The position numbers were made by a program, and so were the translations under genes. The notes under the pieces are model-generated. The model saw only the letters and a list, made by a program, of their open reading frames with translations, searched no databases and was not told the DNA's origin. Below are positions 1-10,713 of a DNA stretch of 51,013 bases, in pieces (the stretch's first letter is position 1; each line of letters begins with the position of its first letter). This stretch comes from Minisyncoccota bacterium. GTDB taxonomy: Bacteria > Patescibacteriota > Minisyncoccia > UBA6257 > 02-FULL-45-10c. The stretch lies in NCBI GenBank assembly GCA_036517155.1, contig DATDXY010000014.1, positions 1 to 51,013 of the forward strand, given 5' to 3'.

Positions 1-1
1 C

Positions 2-181
2 CTCAAGAAGATGAATGAATTATTGGGATTCACCCAATCCACGCCCACCGCCCTTCCGACCGTGCCTGCCACTTCTTCTCCTGAAGAACAACAACGCCGG
101 CAACTCAACCAACAGATTGAGGAAGCGGAGAGGGGGTTGAATCAATTGTTAAAAATATTGAAAGGATCGCCGAAGAAATAA
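2..181 (+). CDS. 3' end of an unidentified protein (partial, starts outside the window)
   Basis: Frame 2 is open from the window edge to TAA at 179-181 (...QQRRQLNQQIEEAERGLNQLLKILKGSPKK*). It is absent from the ORF track because it has no start in the window. The stop lies 3 nt before the recO ATG. Confidence 0.4.
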   Translation, partial: LKKMNELLGFTQSTPTALPTVPATSSPEEQQRRQLNQQIEEAERGLNQLLKILKGSPKK

Positions 182-184
182 AAT

Positions 185-703
185 ATGTCTGTAGAATTTG
201 TAACTGACGCAATCGTATTAGATATTCTTCCTGTTCAAGAAGCCGATGCGCGAGTCGTATTATATACCAAAGATTTTGGTAAAATCACCGCAAAAACAAC
301 CAGCATTCGAAAAATAACTTCTAAATCTGCTGGTCATCTTCAGCCCGGATCGTTAGCGATAGTGAGAATTTTTGATAAAAATGGCCCGCAGTTGATTGAT
401 GCAATCAGTAAAAAGCGTCGGCCATTGTCCAGTAAATTAGTATCTTTTTTTTCTTTACTGAATTCTCTGCTTGGCGAAAACGATCAAGATTTAACGCTAT
501 GGACCATGCTGATGGATATTGTGCAGGATAAGGCAGAGCCGGACAATCTTATTGCGTTAAAATATCTCGGCTTTGATCCAAAATTTGCCCGATGCAATCA
601 TTGCGGAAATTTACCAATCGCGGTATTTTCAACTACAGACACTCAATTTTATTGCACAGCTTGCGCTCGCAATACAACTCAATTTTTTTATGTTTACGCT
701 TAA
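185..703 (+). CDS. recO: DNA repair protein RecO (short form)
   Basis: 172 aa. N-terminal OB-fold-like region (AIVLDILPVQEADARVVLYTKDFGKI) plus a C-terminal CxxC...CxxC zinc module (CNHCGN...YCTACA), typical of RecO. Confidence 0.7.
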   Translation: MSVEFVTDAIVLDILPVQEADARVVLYTKDFGKITAKTTSIRKITSKSAGHLQPGSLAIVRIFDKNGPQLIDAISKKRRPLSSKLVSFFSLLNSLLGENDQDLTLWTMLMDIVQDKAEPDNLIALKYLGFDPKFARCNHCGNLPIAVFSTTDTQFYCTACARNTTQFFYVYA

Positions 704-2402
704 ACGCATTTTCTTTATAGGCATTGCTGTTGTGGTGATGGGGAGTATTGGTTATATCTATACTTCGCGGAATCGAGATGTACGCCTTGTTATCCAAGCT
801 CCATCGGAAGCGTACCTTGGTATTCCATTTGAATTGCCGATAGAAATTGGCAATCAATCGCGATCGGTATTAAATGACGTTACGGTTGCCATTAGCTTGC
901 CGCCAGGAGCGGTTTTCGCTGGCAGTAACGAAACTAAGACTTTAGAACAACGGCAATTGGGAAATGTTGGCGAGGGAAGTTTAGTAATAGAAAAAATTCA
1001 GCTAGTATTTCTTCAGGGCAAGGATACGAACCAGATAATTAAAGTGGCGGTTAGTTATTCACCCCAATCATTGGGTGCGCGATTTGAAACTATAAAAGAA
1101 GTTTCTGTGCCAATTAAAAATTCTGGGATTGTGTTGAAAATGGCTGGTTTAGACACAATATCCAGTGGCTCGGATTTGAATATAGAAGTAACGTATAAAA
1201 ATGAATCTGATATAGATTTTCGTAATTTGGAACTGACGATAACATATCCGGCATTGTTTGAATTCCAAGAAGCCACCTTAAAACCGGATAAAAAATCCAA
1301 CAATTATTGGCAACTTGGCGATTTGCGTTCCGGATCGGAGGGAAAGTTTATAATAAAAGGAATGATGGTGGGACCGGATAATGCAACTGGCGAATTCGTT
1401 GCCATGTTGAAAACGCAAATTGCAAATCAATCCTACGCGTTGGAACCGGAGCGAGTGCCGGTAACTATCGCTCCATCGCCATTGTTATTGAATATCAAAC
1501 TCAACGATCAATCGGAATATATTGCGGTTCCCGGAGAGGATCTTGTGTACACAATTACTTATTTAAACAATACCAATGTCGCGCTGCGAAATGTAACTTT
1601 ACGAACACAATTAAGCGGCGCGCTTTTTAACTTGCAGACGATTGAAACTAACGGTTTAGCGCGGCCCGATAACGGAACGATTGTTTGGGATAATCAAATT
1701 TTACCGGAATTAAATTTAATAGATGCTAAAAGCGCCGGAGCAGTGCAATTTAAAGTAAAAACTTTAACGGAATATCCGATTCGGCGTTTTAGCGACAAAA
1801 ATTTTACTCTAAAAGTAAAAGCGGAAATTGAATCACCGACAGTGCCGGAACTGATGGGGATAAATCGTACCTATAGTTTACAAATCCTAGAAACCCGAGT
1901 GGCTGGTTCTCTAATGATAGACACAAAAGGTTTTTTTAGGGATGCCACTTCCGGTATTTTAAATAACGGTTCGTTGCCGCTTCGCGTTGGACGGCCAACT
2001 CAAATGACTATCCATTGGTTATTGCGGAATTATGCTAATGATCTCAATGGGGTGGAAGTCCAAACGACTTTACTGGAAGGGGTTCGTTTTACTGGCCAGA
2101 GCCAAAGTAATTTTGGGTCGGTTCCAACTTATGACGAAGGAAGCCATCGGATGGTGTGGAATTTATCCAGTATTGCCGCTAATAAAGGAGTCATTGATCA
2201 GCCCCTGGAAGCAGTATTCCAAATCGAGGTAATACCCATGAACGCAATGATTAGTAATTATATGCCGCTCCTTTCGGAAACGATTGTGAAAGCCACGGAC
2301 ATTTTTTCTGGAAAGGAAATCGTGGCTCGCGATGCAATATTAACCAGCGCATTACCCGATGATGCGACGTTACGGTCTCAGGATGGAGTTGTCCAACCCT
2401 AG
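690..2402 (+). CDS. Membrane-anchored surface protein with DUF11/CARDB-like repeat domains
   Basis: The track ORF 573..2402 is trimmed to the in-frame ATG at 690 (MFTLKRIFFIGIAVVVMGSIG = N-terminal TM). Repeated beta-sandwich-like units are present (LNIEVTYKNESDIDFRNLELTITYP; DLVYTITYLNNTNVALRNVTLRTQL). It overlaps the recO stop by 14 nt. Confidence 0.65.
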   Translation: MFTLKRIFFIGIAVVVMGSIGYIYTSRNRDVRLVIQAPSEAYLGIPFELPIEIGNQSRSVLNDVTVAISLPPGAVFAGSNETKTLEQRQLGNVGEGSLVIEKIQLVFLQGKDTNQIIKVAVSYSPQSLGARFETIKEVSVPIKNSGIVLKMAGLDTISSGSDLNIEVTYKNESDIDFRNLELTITYPALFEFQEATLKPDKKSNNYWQLGDLRSGSEGKFIIKGMMVGPDNATGEFVAMLKTQIANQSYALEPERVPVTIAPSPLLLNIKLNDQSEYIAVPGEDLVYTITYLNNTNVALRNVTLRTQLSGALFNLQTIETNGLARPDNGTIVWDNQILPELNLIDAKSAGAVQFKVKTLTEYPIRRFSDKNFTLKVKAEIESPTVPELMGINRTYSLQILETRVAGSLMIDTKGFFRDATSGILNNGSLPLRVGRPTQMTIHWLLRNYANDLNGVEVQTTLLEGVRFTGQSQSNFGSVPTYDEGSHRMVWNLSSIAANKGVIDQPLEAVFQIEVIPMNAMISNYMPLLSETIVKATDIFSGKEIVARDAILTSALPDDATLRSQDGVVQP

Positions 2403-2442
2403 TTGATTCAACGGAATGAGTTCGGTATAGTTGGTACATATT

Positions 2443-3780
2443 ATGAAGAACAAAGAAGTTAATCAAAATCGCATGGAAGTCATTGTGAGTCTCGCAAAAA
2501 GGCGGGGCTTTGTTTTTCCGGGTTCCGAAATATATGGTGGCCTTGCCAATTCCTGGGACTTTGGTCCGTTAGGAGTATTGATGAAGCAAAATATTAAACA
2601 ACGCTGGTGGAAACGATTTGTGGAACAACGGCCAGATATGGTGGGCATAGAAACCGCGCTAATGATGAATCCGAAAGTCTGGCAGGCAAGCGGCCACTTG
2701 GAAAATTTCAACGATCCGCTAGTGGAATGCAAGAAATGTCATTCTCGTTTTCGTTTGGATCAATTACCAGACGGGAAAAAAGCTTGCTTGGCCTGTGGCG
2801 GACCTATTACAGAACCAAAACAATTCAATTTAATGTTCAAAACATTTTTTGGCCCATCCGAAGATCAGGCTAGTACGGTTTATTTTCGTCCGGAAACCGC
2901 TCAAGGAATGTTCGTAAATTTTAAAAATATTATTGACACTACTCGACGGCGGCTCCCTTTTGGAATGGCCCAAGTCGGTAAAGCGTTTCGGAACGAAATC
3001 ACCCCGGGAAATTTTATTTTCCGTACCCGGGAATTTGAGCAAATGGAAATAGAGTATTTTATTAAGCCAGATGCTTGGGAATCATCTTTTGAGCATTGGC
3101 TTGTAGAGATGCGTTTATGGCTTAAAGATTTGGGCGTTGCGGAAGAGCGAATCTATGAGCACGAAATTCCGGAAGGTGAGCGCGCGCATTATTCTCGACG
3201 GACCGTGGATATTGAATACGAGTATCCATTTGGCAGAAGCGAACTGTATGGGTTGGCGTATCGGACCGACTTTGATTTAAAAAATCACATGGAAAAAAGT
3301 GGGCAAGATTTGCGGTACAGTGATTCGGAAACCGGCGAAAAATTTTTACCGCACGTAATTGAACCGACGTTCGGTGTGGAGCGGTCCTTTTTGGTGGCGT
3401 TGCTGGAAGCTTATCGGGAGGAATCGGCGCCGACTGCCGATGGAGAATCAGACACCCGCGTCGTTTTGAAATTTCCAAAATGGCTCGCGCCGATTAAAGT
3501 CGCGGTTTTGCCGCTTTCCAAAAAAGCCAATCTTTCCGAAAAAGCCCAGGAAATATTCCGCATGATTTTATCGGACTATTCCTGCGAATATGATGAAACT
3601 CAAAGTATCGGCAAGCGTTATCGCCGGCAAGATGAAATTGGCACCCCATATTGCGTAACCGTTGACTTTGATACGTTGGAAGATCAGCAAATCACCGTTC
3701 GGGATAGGGACACGATGAAGCAAGAAAGGATTGCGATTACCGAGTTAAAAAATTATTTGCAAGAACGACTTAATTCTTAA
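2443..3780 (+). CDS. glyQS: Glycine--tRNA ligase (class II, dimeric GlyQS type)
   Basis: Hallmark N-terminus SLAKRRGFVFPGSEIYGGLANSWDFGPLG; class II core and C-terminal anticodon-binding domain. The start is set at the first ATG (2443); the track start 2431 is a TTG. Confidence 0.92.
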   Translation: MKNKEVNQNRMEVIVSLAKRRGFVFPGSEIYGGLANSWDFGPLGVLMKQNIKQRWWKRFVEQRPDMVGIETALMMNPKVWQASGHLENFNDPLVECKKCHSRFRLDQLPDGKKACLACGGPITEPKQFNLMFKTFFGPSEDQASTVYFRPETAQGMFVNFKNIIDTTRRRLPFGMAQVGKAFRNEITPGNFIFRTREFEQMEIEYFIKPDAWESSFEHWLVEMRLWLKDLGVAEERIYEHEIPEGERAHYSRRTVDIEYEYPFGRSELYGLAYRTDFDLKNHMEKSGQDLRYSDSETGEKFLPHVIEPTFGVERSFLVALLEAYREESAPTADGESDTRVVLKFPKWLAPIKVAVLPLSKKANLSEKAQEIFRMILSDYSCEYDETQSIGKRYRRQDEIGTPYCVTVDFDTLEDQQITVRDRDTMKQERIAITELKNYLQERLNS

Positions 3781-3782
3781 TT

Positions 3783-5051
3783 ATGAAACAGTGGCAGAAA
3801 TACGTATTATCGAATGGTCTTCGAGTGTTGTTAGTGCCCCAAAAAGGCATTACCACCGCAACGGTATTGGTATTGGTGGAAGCAGGATCAAAATATGAAG
3901 TAAAAAAATTAAATGGTATCTCCCATTTTCTAGAGCACTTGTGTTTTAAAGGAACAAAAAAACGGCCAACTTCTTTTGATGTGGTTTCAGAATTAGAAAC
4001 TTTAGGTTCTTCGCATAATGCGTTTACCGGTCACGAAGTAACCGGATATCATTCTAAAGTAGCCGCTCCAAAAATCTCAGCGGCATTGGAAATTATTTCC
4101 GATTTATATTTGAATCCGGTATTTGATAGCGCCGAATTAGAAAAAGAAAAAGGGGTAGTGATTGAGGAATTGAATATGTTTGAAGATATGCCGATGCGCC
4201 TAGTGCCAGAATACTTTACTGAATTATTGTACGCTGATCAGCCCGCTGGTTGGCGAGTGGGCGGCACAAAAACCACTATTCCATCGTTTACTCGCGAAGA
4301 CGTAATTCGTTATCGTTCCGCTCATTATGTGGCGGAAGGAACCGTAGTGGTAGTGGCGGGCAATGTTAAGCCTCAGCAAATATTAAAAGAAATTAAGCAA
4401 TTATTTAAAACTATACCGATTACTAAAAAGACAGATAAATTGCCGGTTCAAGAATCGCAAAAAGACCCCCAAGTGCGATTGATCAAAAAAGATTCTGATC
4501 AAACTCATATTGCGCTTGGTTTCCGGGCATTTTCTATGTTTGATGAACGGAGATATGCATTGAGTATTTTAATGGATGTGCTTGGTGGGGGAATGAGCTC
4601 TCGCTTGTTTCAAAAAGTTCGTTCGGCGATGGGAGTCGCGTATTATATTGAAGCAGATGCTTCTTTACTGACCGACCACGGATTTTGGACCGTTTCTGCT
4701 GGAATTGATAATCATAAACTGATTCCGGCGCTGGAGGCGATTATGCAAGAATTCCGTAAGTTAAAGTTAGCTTCTATTACCCGGTCAGAATTAGAGCGAG
4801 CAAAAAAACATTTATCCGGTCAATTATTGACTGGCTTAGAAACATCTGAAGCGCTAGCTAGTTTTTACGGCCAACAAGAGATTTTTAAAGAAAAAATATT
4901 AGCCTCGGAAACAATCATAAAGCATTTAAAAGCGGTGACTTTGGATCAGGTTACTCAAGTAGCCAAAGACACGATTCGAAACGAAGGACTGAATTTAGCC
5001 ATGATTGGACCGCTGACCGATCTCCCAAAGGATTTCCAGTTTAAGGTATAG
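3783..5051 (+). CDS. M16 (pitrilysin/insulinase) family zinc peptidase
   Basis: Inverted zinc motif HxxEH (HFLEHLCFKGT) near the N-terminus. 422 aa with the two-domain M16 layout. Confidence 0.88.
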   Translation: MKQWQKYVLSNGLRVLLVPQKGITTATVLVLVEAGSKYEVKKLNGISHFLEHLCFKGTKKRPTSFDVVSELETLGSSHNAFTGHEVTGYHSKVAAPKISAALEIISDLYLNPVFDSAELEKEKGVVIEELNMFEDMPMRLVPEYFTELLYADQPAGWRVGGTKTTIPSFTREDVIRYRSAHYVAEGTVVVVAGNVKPQQILKEIKQLFKTIPITKKTDKLPVQESQKDPQVRLIKKDSDQTHIALGFRAFSMFDERRYALSILMDVLGGGMSSRLFQKVRSAMGVAYYIEADASLLTDHGFWTVSAGIDNHKLIPALEAIMQEFRKLKLASITRSELERAKKHLSGQLLTGLETSEALASFYGQQEIFKEKILASETIIKHLKAVTLDQVTQVAKDTIRNEGLNLAMIGPLTDLPKDFQFKV

Positions 5052-5107
5052 TAACTAAAGTCTTGAAAAGCCCGTTATACCTTATATAAACCAAAATATC
5101 GCGCGTA

Positions 5108-6133
5108 ATGGAAAAAAGCAGTGTTAATACATTAGAAATTACTTGGGGAAGCCTCTGGCGAGTAGTGGTTTTGCTGTGCGTGGTCAGTTTCTTGTTTTTT
5201 GTTCGAGACATATTAGTTGGAGTGATTTTGGCAATTGTCATTTCTTCAGCCTTAGACCCGATAGTCAGTTTTTTTGAACGTAAGCGCATCCCTAGGATTT
5301 TAGGGACATTGGGGATTTTTATCGTAGTGATTACTAGTTTGGCGCTTCTATTATATACTGTAGTGCCAATTGCTCTGACGGAATTAAATATTTTAATTAC
5401 TCATATTACGAGCGCGGATACGCCCCTATTCGGTTTAAAAGAAGCTTCGGAAATAATCAAAGCTTTTAATGAAAGCATTGGCCGATTGGCGAATCTTTTG
5501 ATTAGCGGCAGCACTTCGCTGTTGGAAACTGTCTCTAAGTTTCTTGGCGGATTGATGCTAATGGGTTCTATTTTCGTGCTTTCTTTTTATCTAACGGTAG
5601 ATCGGGACGGCGTAGAAAATTTTCTGCGCGCGATTTTGCCACCAGGTTATGAAGATATAGTGCTCAACGTATATGAACGCACGCGTCGAAAAATCGGGCG
5701 TTGGCTCCAAGGACAGATATTTTTAAGTTTGAGTATTGGCGTGAGCGTTTTTCTGGGTTTATGGATTTTGGGAATTCGGTACAGTTTGATACTTGGTATT
5801 TTAGCGGGTTTGTTGGAAATTATTCCGTTTGTCGGTCCGATTTTAAGTGGCGCCACGGCATTTTTAATAGCAATTTCCCAATCGGTAACGTCCGGTATTT
5901 GGGTACTGATTCTTTTTCTGGTGATTCAACAAGTAGAAGGAACTTTGCTGGTACCGGTATTTATGAAGCTCACCACCGATTTGCATCCAGCGATGATTTT
6001 GATTTCTTTGCTGATTGGTAGCAAACTTTTAGGATTCATTGGCATTATTCTTGCGGTACCAGCCGCCGTGCTGGCGCAGGAAGTCATTAATCATTGGTCT
6101 ACTTTCAAGTTGAAAAAGAAGGGGATGTTTTGA
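5108..6133 (+). CDS. AI-2E family transporter (PerM/UPF0118-like permease)
   Basis: 341 aa polytopic membrane protein. The C-terminal half (LGLLEIIPFVGPILSGA...VIQQVEGTLLVP) resembles the AI-2E/PerM family. Confidence 0.8.
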   Translation: MEKSSVNTLEITWGSLWRVVVLLCVVSFLFFVRDILVGVILAIVISSALDPIVSFFERKRIPRILGTLGIFIVVITSLALLLYTVVPIALTELNILITHITSADTPLFGLKEASEIIKAFNESIGRLANLLISGSTSLLETVSKFLGGLMLMGSIFVLSFYLTVDRDGVENFLRAILPPGYEDIVLNVYERTRRKIGRWLQGQIFLSLSIGVSVFLGLWILGIRYSLILGILAGLLEIIPFVGPILSGATAFLIAISQSVTSGIWVLILFLVIQQVEGTLLVPVFMKLTTDLHPAMILISLLIGSKLLGFIGIILAVPAAVLAQEVINHWSTFKLKKKGMF

Positions 6134-6165
6134 TTTTTTGACCGAAAAACCGCTAGTATAGAGAG

Positions 6166-7590
6166 ATGACAAAGTGGTACATCACCAATTCCATACCGTA
6201 TCTTAACGCCGCCCCCCATATCGGCCATGTTTTGGAATTTGTCCAAACGGATACGCTGGCCCGTTGGCATCGCCAAAAAGGAGAGGAGGTTTTTTATTTA
6301 AGTGGCACGGACGAGCATGGGATTAAAATTAGCCGAGCGGCGCAAGCGGCGGAAATGCCAACTCAACAATTTGTTGATCAAATTTCCGAGCAATTTCAAG
6401 CGTTGCAACCGGCGCTGAATTTATCCTACGATGCTTTTATTCGAACCAGCGATCAAAAAAAGCATTGGCCAGTGGCGCAGGCATTGTGGGAACGGATTCT
6501 GACGGCGGGGGATGTCTACAAGAAAACCTATACCGGTTTATATTGTGTTGGCCACGAAGCGTTTGTTACTGGAAAAGATTTGGTGCGGGGCGAATGCCCG
6601 GTCCATAAAAAAAAGCCAGAAGAAGTTTCGGAAGAGAACTGGTTTTTCCGCTTATCCAAATATCAGCAACAGCTGGAAAAGATTATCGGCAGTGATGAAT
6701 TAAAAATTATTCCGGAAACCAGAAAAAATGAAATCTTGTCGTTTATTCTGGAGGGATTGGAAGATGTCAGCGTTTCCCGGCCGAGAAAGGATTTAGATTG
6801 GGGAATTCCGTTTCCAGGAGATAAAACGCAGACCGTATACGTTTGGGCGGAGGCCCTAATTGCGTATATCAGTGGTTATGGCGGAATCAAACAATGGGAA
6901 ACGCATCCAGCCGATACGCAAGTAATTGGAAAGGATATTTTACGTTTTCACGCGACCATTTGGCCAGCAATGCTCTTGTCGGCAAAATTGCCGTTGCCGA
7001 AGCAGATTTTTGTGCACGGCTTTGTCACCGTCAACGGAGAAAAAATTTCTAAATCTTTGGGTAATACCATTGATCCGTTTGAATTGGTAAAAAAATACGG
7101 CACGGATGCGGTGCGGTATTATTTATTGCGGGAAATCCCAGCCGGCGAAGACGGGGATTTTAGCGAAGAAAAATTTAAAGAACGCTATAACGGCGATTTG
7201 GCGAATGGCATTGGTAACTTAGTAGCGCGCGTCGCAACGCTTGCTGAAAAACTTGGTTTAAACCAGCACGACAGCATTGAATTTAATAGAAGTTACTTTG
7301 CCAATTACGCAGAGTGGTTTGATGATTGTAAGTTTGATAAGTTGCTATATGGCATTTTTAGCGCAATACACAAATTAGATGCGCAAATATCTAGCGAGGA
7401 GCTTTGGGCCGAAAAAGATCGATTTGTGCAAAAAAAGAAAATTGTTGAATATAGTGTTCAAATTCTTCATATCGCTGATATGCTCAAACCTTTTTTGCCA
7501 AATGCGGCGGAGCAAATAGAGAAGCAATTTAAATTAGATAACAATATTCTTATAATTAAAAAAGGCCAGAATTTGTTTCCGAGACTATAA
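6166..7590 (+). CDS. metG: Methionine--tRNA ligase (short form, no C-terminal tRNA-binding extension)
   Basis: HIGH motif (APHIGHVLE) and KMSKS motif (KISKSLGN). N-terminus YITNSIPYLNAAPHIGH is typical of MetRS. Confidence 0.92.
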   Translation: MTKWYITNSIPYLNAAPHIGHVLEFVQTDTLARWHRQKGEEVFYLSGTDEHGIKISRAAQAAEMPTQQFVDQISEQFQALQPALNLSYDAFIRTSDQKKHWPVAQALWERILTAGDVYKKTYTGLYCVGHEAFVTGKDLVRGECPVHKKKPEEVSEENWFFRLSKYQQQLEKIIGSDELKIIPETRKNEILSFILEGLEDVSVSRPRKDLDWGIPFPGDKTQTVYVWAEALIAYISGYGGIKQWETHPADTQVIGKDILRFHATIWPAMLLSAKLPLPKQIFVHGFVTVNGEKISKSLGNTIDPFELVKKYGTDAVRYYLLREIPAGEDGDFSEEKFKERYNGDLANGIGNLVARVATLAEKLGLNQHDSIEFNRSYFANYAEWFDDCKFDKLLYGIFSAIHKLDAQISSEELWAEKDRFVQKKKIVEYSVQILHIADMLKPFLPNAAEQIEKQFKLDNNILIIKKGQNLFPRL

Positions 7591-7598
7591 CACGGTAT

Positions 7599-8423
7599 AT
7601 GGATTTATTTGACGCCCATTCCCATGTGCAATTTCCCGCCTATGATGATAATCGGGAGCTAGTAATTAGCCGGGCTCAGAAAGCCGGAGTAAAAATGATT
7701 GCGGTGGGCACGCAGTACGCCACTTCGGTTGCGGCAATTAATCTCGCCCAAAAATATCCAAAAGCAATCTGGGCGGCAGTCGGATTTCATCCGAACCATT
7801 TGAGTTCTGCTTGGCATCATGATCTCAAAGAACAGCCGGAAGCTGTTCCGGAAGTATTTGATCAGGGAAAATTCCTTACATTAGCGCGTAATCCCAAATG
7901 CGCGGCGATTGGCGAATGCGGATTGGACTACTATCGATTAGATGGAGAATTAGCAGATGTTAAAACGAAGCAAAAAGAAGTTTTTCTATCCCAAGTAGAA
8001 ATTGCGGAAACCGTTAAAAAACCATTAATGATTCATTGCCGTCCATCCAAAGGAACGGATGACGCTTACCGGGATATTACGAGTTTATTATCCAAAAAAG
8101 TTCCCGCCATTATGCATTTTTACGTTGGCAGTCCGGAAATGACCGATATATTGGTGGCGGCTGGCTGTTATTTCACTTTTGGCGGAGTGATTACGTTTTC
8201 TCGAGATTATGACGAATCTATTAGTCGGATTCCATTAAATCGGTTACTAATAGAAACCGATTGCCCGTACGTTGCGCCGCTTTCCCAGCGGGGAAAACGC
8301 AATGAACCGGCGTTTATTAGTGAGACATATCGGCAGATGGCGAAAATCAAAAATTTGGATTATGATAGTTTGGTACAACAGATCTATCAGAACGCAACGT
8401 ATGTATTCGGCACAGAAAATTGA
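7599..8423 (+). CDS. tatD: TatD family metal-dependent hydrolase/DNase
   Basis: TatD signatures DAHSHVQF, ECGLDYY, MIHCR, IETDCPYVAP. Confidence 0.9.
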   Translation: MDLFDAHSHVQFPAYDDNRELVISRAQKAGVKMIAVGTQYATSVAAINLAQKYPKAIWAAVGFHPNHLSSAWHHDLKEQPEAVPEVFDQGKFLTLARNPKCAAIGECGLDYYRLDGELADVKTKQKEVFLSQVEIAETVKKPLMIHCRPSKGTDDAYRDITSLLSKKVPAIMHFYVGSPEMTDILVAAGCYFTFGGVITFSRDYDESISRIPLNRLLIETDCPYVAPLSQRGKRNEPAFISETYRQMAKIKNLDYDSLVQQIYQNATYVFGTEN

Positions 8424-10710
8424 GAAAAAGTGGCAGAAAATCTGGGCGCGCAATGCGTTTAAGTTATGGCACGCTTTGGGCCAATCAAAGCAGAAAAAAT
8501 TTTATGTATTAGACATGTTTCCGTATCCTTCGGGAGACGGGCTGCATATTGGTCATGTGGTGGGTTATACCGCATCGGACATTATTGCCCGTTATCATCG
8601 GATGATAGGAGATAACGTGCTCCATCCGATGGGTTGGGACGCTTTCGGTTTGCCGGCGGAAAACTACGCGATTAAGAAAAAAATTCACCCGGAAATTGTT
8701 GTTAAGAATAACGTAAAGAACTTTCGGCGCCAATTACAATCCGTAGGATTCAGTTATGATTGGCAACGAGAAATTTCTACGACTGATCCGGAATATTATA
8801 AATGGACGCAATGGATTTTTTTGCAATTATTTAAAAAAGGTTTAGCCTATGAGGCAGAAATTCCGGTCAATTGGTGCCCATCGGACAAAACCGTGCTCGC
8901 GAACGAAGAGGTAATTGATGGGCATTGCGAACGTTGCCAAAGCGCAGTAGAGCGGAAACAGCTGAAGCAGTGGATTTTGAAAATTACCGCATACGCTGAT
9001 CGGCTTTTGGCTGATTTAGAAGGTTTGGATTGGCCGGAGAAAGTAAAAGAAATGCAAAAAAACTGGATTGGCAAATCCGAAGGAGCTTTGATCAAATTCC
9101 CAATATCCGATGCCCAATCTAAGATTGAAGTATTTACCACTCGACCAGATACGTTAGATGGCGCCACTTATGTAGTGCTTGCTCCGGAACATTCGTTGAT
9201 CAATCAGTTGCAATCTCGCATTAAAAATTGGAGCGATGTTCAACAATACACACAACAGGCGAAAAATAAAAGCGAACGGGAACGGCAAGAAAATAAAGAA
9301 AAAACCGGCGTTGAATTGAAGGGTATAACGGCTATTAATCCATTCAATAAAGAGAAAATTCCGGTTTGGGTTTCGGATTATGTGTTAATTCATTATGGCG
9401 CCGGGGCGATTATGGCGGTTCCTCAGCACGATGAACGGGATCGGGAATTCGCCAAAAAATTCCAATTGCCGATTCTAGATCGGCCGCTGATTCCAAACGA
9501 TACGGTCATAACTAAAGTAAACGGGCAGAAGAAGATTAATTATAAATTACGCGACTGGATTTTTTCCCGCCAGCGCTATTGGGGCGAACCTATTCCGATT
9601 ATCAAATGCGTTCAATGCGGCAACGTAGCGGTTCCGGAAAAAGACTTGCCAGTAACTTTACCGAAAGTAAAAAATTATGAGCCGACGGGCAATGCCGAAT
9701 CGCCACTAGCGGCGATTAGTAAATGGGTGAATGTGAAGTGCCCGCAATGCCATGGCCCGGCGCAACGGGAAACCAATACTATGCCGCAATGGGCGGGATC
9801 TTGCTGGTATTATCTCCGTTATCTGGATCCGAAAAACAAAAAAGCTTTTGTAAATCCGCAGGTTGAAAAAAATTGGCTGCCGGTGGACACCTATATCGGT
9901 GGAGTGGAACACGCAGTATTGCATCTTCTCTATGCTCGTTTTTGGCACAAGGTACTTTTTGATATCGGCGCAGTTTCCACCAAAGAACCATTCCAAAAGC
10001 TAGTCAATCAGGGTTTGATCCTCGGCCCGGATGGCCAGAAGATGTCCAAGTCGCGGGGGAATGTGATTAACCCGGATGAATTGGTGCAAAAATTCGGCGC
10101 CGATTCTTTACGCTTATACGAAATGTTTATGGGTCCGCTGGAGGAAGCAAAACCGTGGGATCCGAAAGGGATTATCGGCCTAGAAAGGTTTTTGAAACGA
10201 ATTTATACATATCACGAAAAAGTTCTTGCTCAGCCTAAAAAAACTGTATCGACTGCTGGTGCAGATAAAATACTTCATAAAACCATCAAAAAAGTCACCG
10301 ATGATATTCAGCAATTTCGTTTCAATACCGCTATCAGCGCGCTCATGATTGGCTTGAATGAAATAGAAAAAACAACGATTGCGCAATCTCAATGGGAGCA
10401 GTTTATAAAATTAATTTTTCCGTTCGCGCCGCATCTGGCTCAGGAACTCTGGAGCCAATTGGGGAAGAAAGGATTACTGGATTATGCAGCGTGGCCGGTT
10501 TATGACTCAAAATTAATTCAGGAAACAGAAATTGATCTGATTATTCAAATCAATGGCAAAGTGCGCGGTAAAATCCGAGTGGCGAAAGAAATAACCCAGG
10601 CCGAAGCGGAGCGGATTGTGTTGCAAGATGATAGAATAAAAACAATGCTTAGTGAAAAGCCGAAAAAAGTTATTTTTGTTTCCGGGAGATTAATTAACTT
10701 CGTCATTTGA
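8401..10710 (+). CDS. leuS: Leucine--tRNA ligase
   Basis: The canonical LeuRS N-terminus MYSAQKIEKKWQKIW begins at ATG 8401; the track ORF extends spuriously to 8272. HIGH (LHIGHVVGY), KMSKS (KMSKSRGN) and an editing-domain segment TTRPDTLDGATYVVLAPEH are present. It overlaps tatD by 23 nt. Confidence 0.93.
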   Translation: MYSAQKIEKKWQKIWARNAFKLWHALGQSKQKKFYVLDMFPYPSGDGLHIGHVVGYTASDIIARYHRMIGDNVLHPMGWDAFGLPAENYAIKKKIHPEIVVKNNVKNFRRQLQSVGFSYDWQREISTTDPEYYKWTQWIFLQLFKKGLAYEAEIPVNWCPSDKTVLANEEVIDGHCERCQSAVERKQLKQWILKITAYADRLLADLEGLDWPEKVKEMQKNWIGKSEGALIKFPISDAQSKIEVFTTRPDTLDGATYVVLAPEHSLINQLQSRIKNWSDVQQYTQQAKNKSERERQENKEKTGVELKGITAINPFNKEKIPVWVSDYVLIHYGAGAIMAVPQHDERDREFAKKFQLPILDRPLIPNDTVITKVNGQKKINYKLRDWIFSRQRYWGEPIPIIKCVQCGNVAVPEKDLPVTLPKVKNYEPTGNAESPLAAISKWVNVKCPQCHGPAQRETNTMPQWAGSCWYYLRYLDPKNKKAFVNPQVEKNWLPVDTYIGGVEHAVLHLLYARFWHKVLFDIGAVSTKEPFQKLVNQGLILGPDGQKMSKSRGNVINPDELVQKFGADSLRLYEMFMGPLEEAKPWDPKGIIGLERFLKRIYTYHEKVLAQPKKTVSTAGADKILHKTIKKVTDDIQQFRFNTAISALMIGLNEIEKTTIAQSQWEQFIKLIFPFAPHLAQELWSQLGKKGLLDYAAWPVYDSKLIQETEIDLIIQINGKVRGKIRVAKEITQAEAERIVLQDDRIKTMLSEKPKKVIFVSGRLINFVI

Positions 10711-10713
10711 AGA

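Noticed and set aside
573-689. 5' extensions of track ORFs: 573..689 for the surface protein, 8272..8400 for leuS, 22522..22569 for pilN, 13413..13469 for the 644-aa ORF and 42929..42982.
   Set aside because: The extensions overlap the preceding gene and translate to non-protein-like sequence. Internal ATGs give canonical N-termini (signal peptides, or the LeuRS MYSAQKIEKKW).
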